From: Octopus sinensis
Taxonomy: Eukaryota
Assembly (NCBI RefSeq): GCF_006345805.1
Contig: NC_042999.1
Location: forward strand, 92,318,001 to 92,382,000
Direction: 5' to 3'
Length of the DNA stretch: 64,000 bases
Shown here: positions 62,381-64,000 of the stretch, one piece after another
Numbering within the stretch: position 1 is the stretch's first letter
Layout: each line of letters opens with the position of its first letter
The notes under the pieces: model-generated
Told to the model about the DNA's origin: nothing
Database searches by the model: none
What the model saw: the letters and a program-made list of their open reading frames with translations, nothing else
Position numbers and translations under genes: made by a program

Positions 62381-64000
62381 GAGATGTATGTATATCTATA
62401 TGTACACACAGAGACGCATACGTGTGTGTGTATGTTCCTGCGTTGTAATAATGTCTACAGTTTTATTAATTAGAGAATGGTGCATCTGTTCAAAACGAAT
62501 TCAAATCATTGTTAAATTTCTTAGCCAGACTTCAAGTTTTGAGTGCAATAGAAAAGTATGCATGCCACTCACTAACAATGATAGGTTATAATGTCATATA
62601 AGCATATAGCCATTGGCACCGTCAACGACGGTCCTACTAAATTCAGGGACGTATCAAGAGCATAATGAACTGGCTAAGTCACGCAGACTCGGGTGTAATG
62701 GGTTGGGGCTAAATTACCTGATTTTCCTCTTTATTAAGAAAATTCCAATTTGATCAAATAATTCTCTTATGTGTATGATGATTATAGAAAGAGAAGATAG
62801 TATTGAAAATTGTCTACTGTTTATCAAAAAAGAAAAAGGTGCGTTTTTCTGTCTCTTAATTAAGTCATTTGGTCTTTTCTTTTGGTAAACTATATCTGCC
62901 ACCTCGACTTTTTAAAGTTCACTCTCTCTCATTTTATGTCTGTTCACCGCTCTGGAGACTTAAGAAATATCTTATCCTTTCATTTACTTTCATTTTACTT
63001 GTCCAACTGTCTGTCACTCACTCTTTCTCCAGTTGTATTTCGATAACCTTCTACCTCCTCAGTACCTCGTTAGCGTGACAACAAAGAAAATCAAGACAAA
63101 TTGCTAATTATTATATGTGAATACACACACACGTCTCCTCAGAGACATGAACGAAATAAATAAAAAGAAATATTGACCCGAAAGTTAAACGAAATCACTG
63201 AACATAATAATAGTGGCGTTATTCACCCTCCTTTATCATATCAATAGTCAAACCAATATTCTTTTATTTAATTAATATGGAAACGAATATCTTAATTTCC
63301 AATACATTTTCTCCACATATGCTCCTAAATTTATTTATGAGAAATTAGCCATAAAACAGGACGATAGATTCCACCCATTTTAACATTTTTTACTTTTGCT
63401 TTTTACTATACTTGACAACAATTGAGAATTGTGGTGGTGGCAGTTACCAGGTTTATAAAATTAAATTTATGAAGCAGTTTTGTGCGGTTTGATATGATTT
63501 TTCAATATCACGATAATGGATGAATATATTTTTTTTATTATTGAGAGTAACGAGGCTTCAGTTCTATTTGGAACCTCACTGATATGCTACTTTTTCTTGC
63601 AGGGTCAACAATTTCCAAAGCCCCTAAATAATCTATCCACTTTGCAAATAGCGATTCAGGTATCAGGTATCATTTTCACTACCTAATTGGCAATGAAATA
63701 TGGTGGTTTCAGTTCTTTTTAATGGGACTTTCTTTCAATTACTACATTATGGCCAATGTCTAATTCATGATTGATCAATTTTTGGTCATCAACTTCCCAT
63801 TCCCATAAATAAATTAATAAATTAATTTCGCAAATAGGGAAACTGCCATTTCTTCAAAAAGTCCCATTCCGTGTTAAAACGGAAAGCATGTGTTGACACC
63901 TTCCATTAAGACTTTCTGTTGTTCCCCCACTATCTTATTTTGTAGCGATGGCGGCGGTGGTGGTGATGGTTGGAGGGTCAATGCAAGAACAATAATTAAC

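Overview
Eukaryotic, AT-rich, microsatellite- and transposon-dense genomic DNA. The SINE, RTE-LINE and microsatellite inventory looks like a coleoid cephalopod, most likely Octopus; this is inferred from recalled repeat families, not from a search. One host gene is well supported: an M1AP (meiosis 1 arrest protein) homologue on the minus strand. It has five coding exons (41345-41246, 40231-40074, 20233-20051, 17593-17498, 6501-6357) with canonical GT-AG sites and matching phases, giving about 227 aa of the N-terminal half. Its probable CpG-rich promoter is at about 56.7-57.3 kb. Downstream exons were not resolved. The introns are packed with mobile elements: two mariners with intact TIRs, a Buster/Charlie hAT fossil, CR1, three R4/Dong-clade LINEs, a Tx1-like LINE, many RTE LINE 3' ends, two Neptune-type Penelope-like elements, solo-LTR-like modules and tRNA-derived SINEs. 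A Helitron deletion derivative lies upstream of the gene. The most unusual signals are: (i) the RTE 3'UTR carries a variable-copy array of double-hairpin units with conserved stems and variable loops, which is repeat-spacer-like but not CRISPR; (ii) minimal hammerhead-ribozyme signatures in the Penelope terminal repeats; (iii) a palindrome of about 210 bp; (iv) a templated inverted insertion inside the Helitron; (v) a sharp switch from CpG depletion to CpG retention at the gene 5' end. No prokaryotic system, rRNA, true tRNA or CRISPR array is supported.
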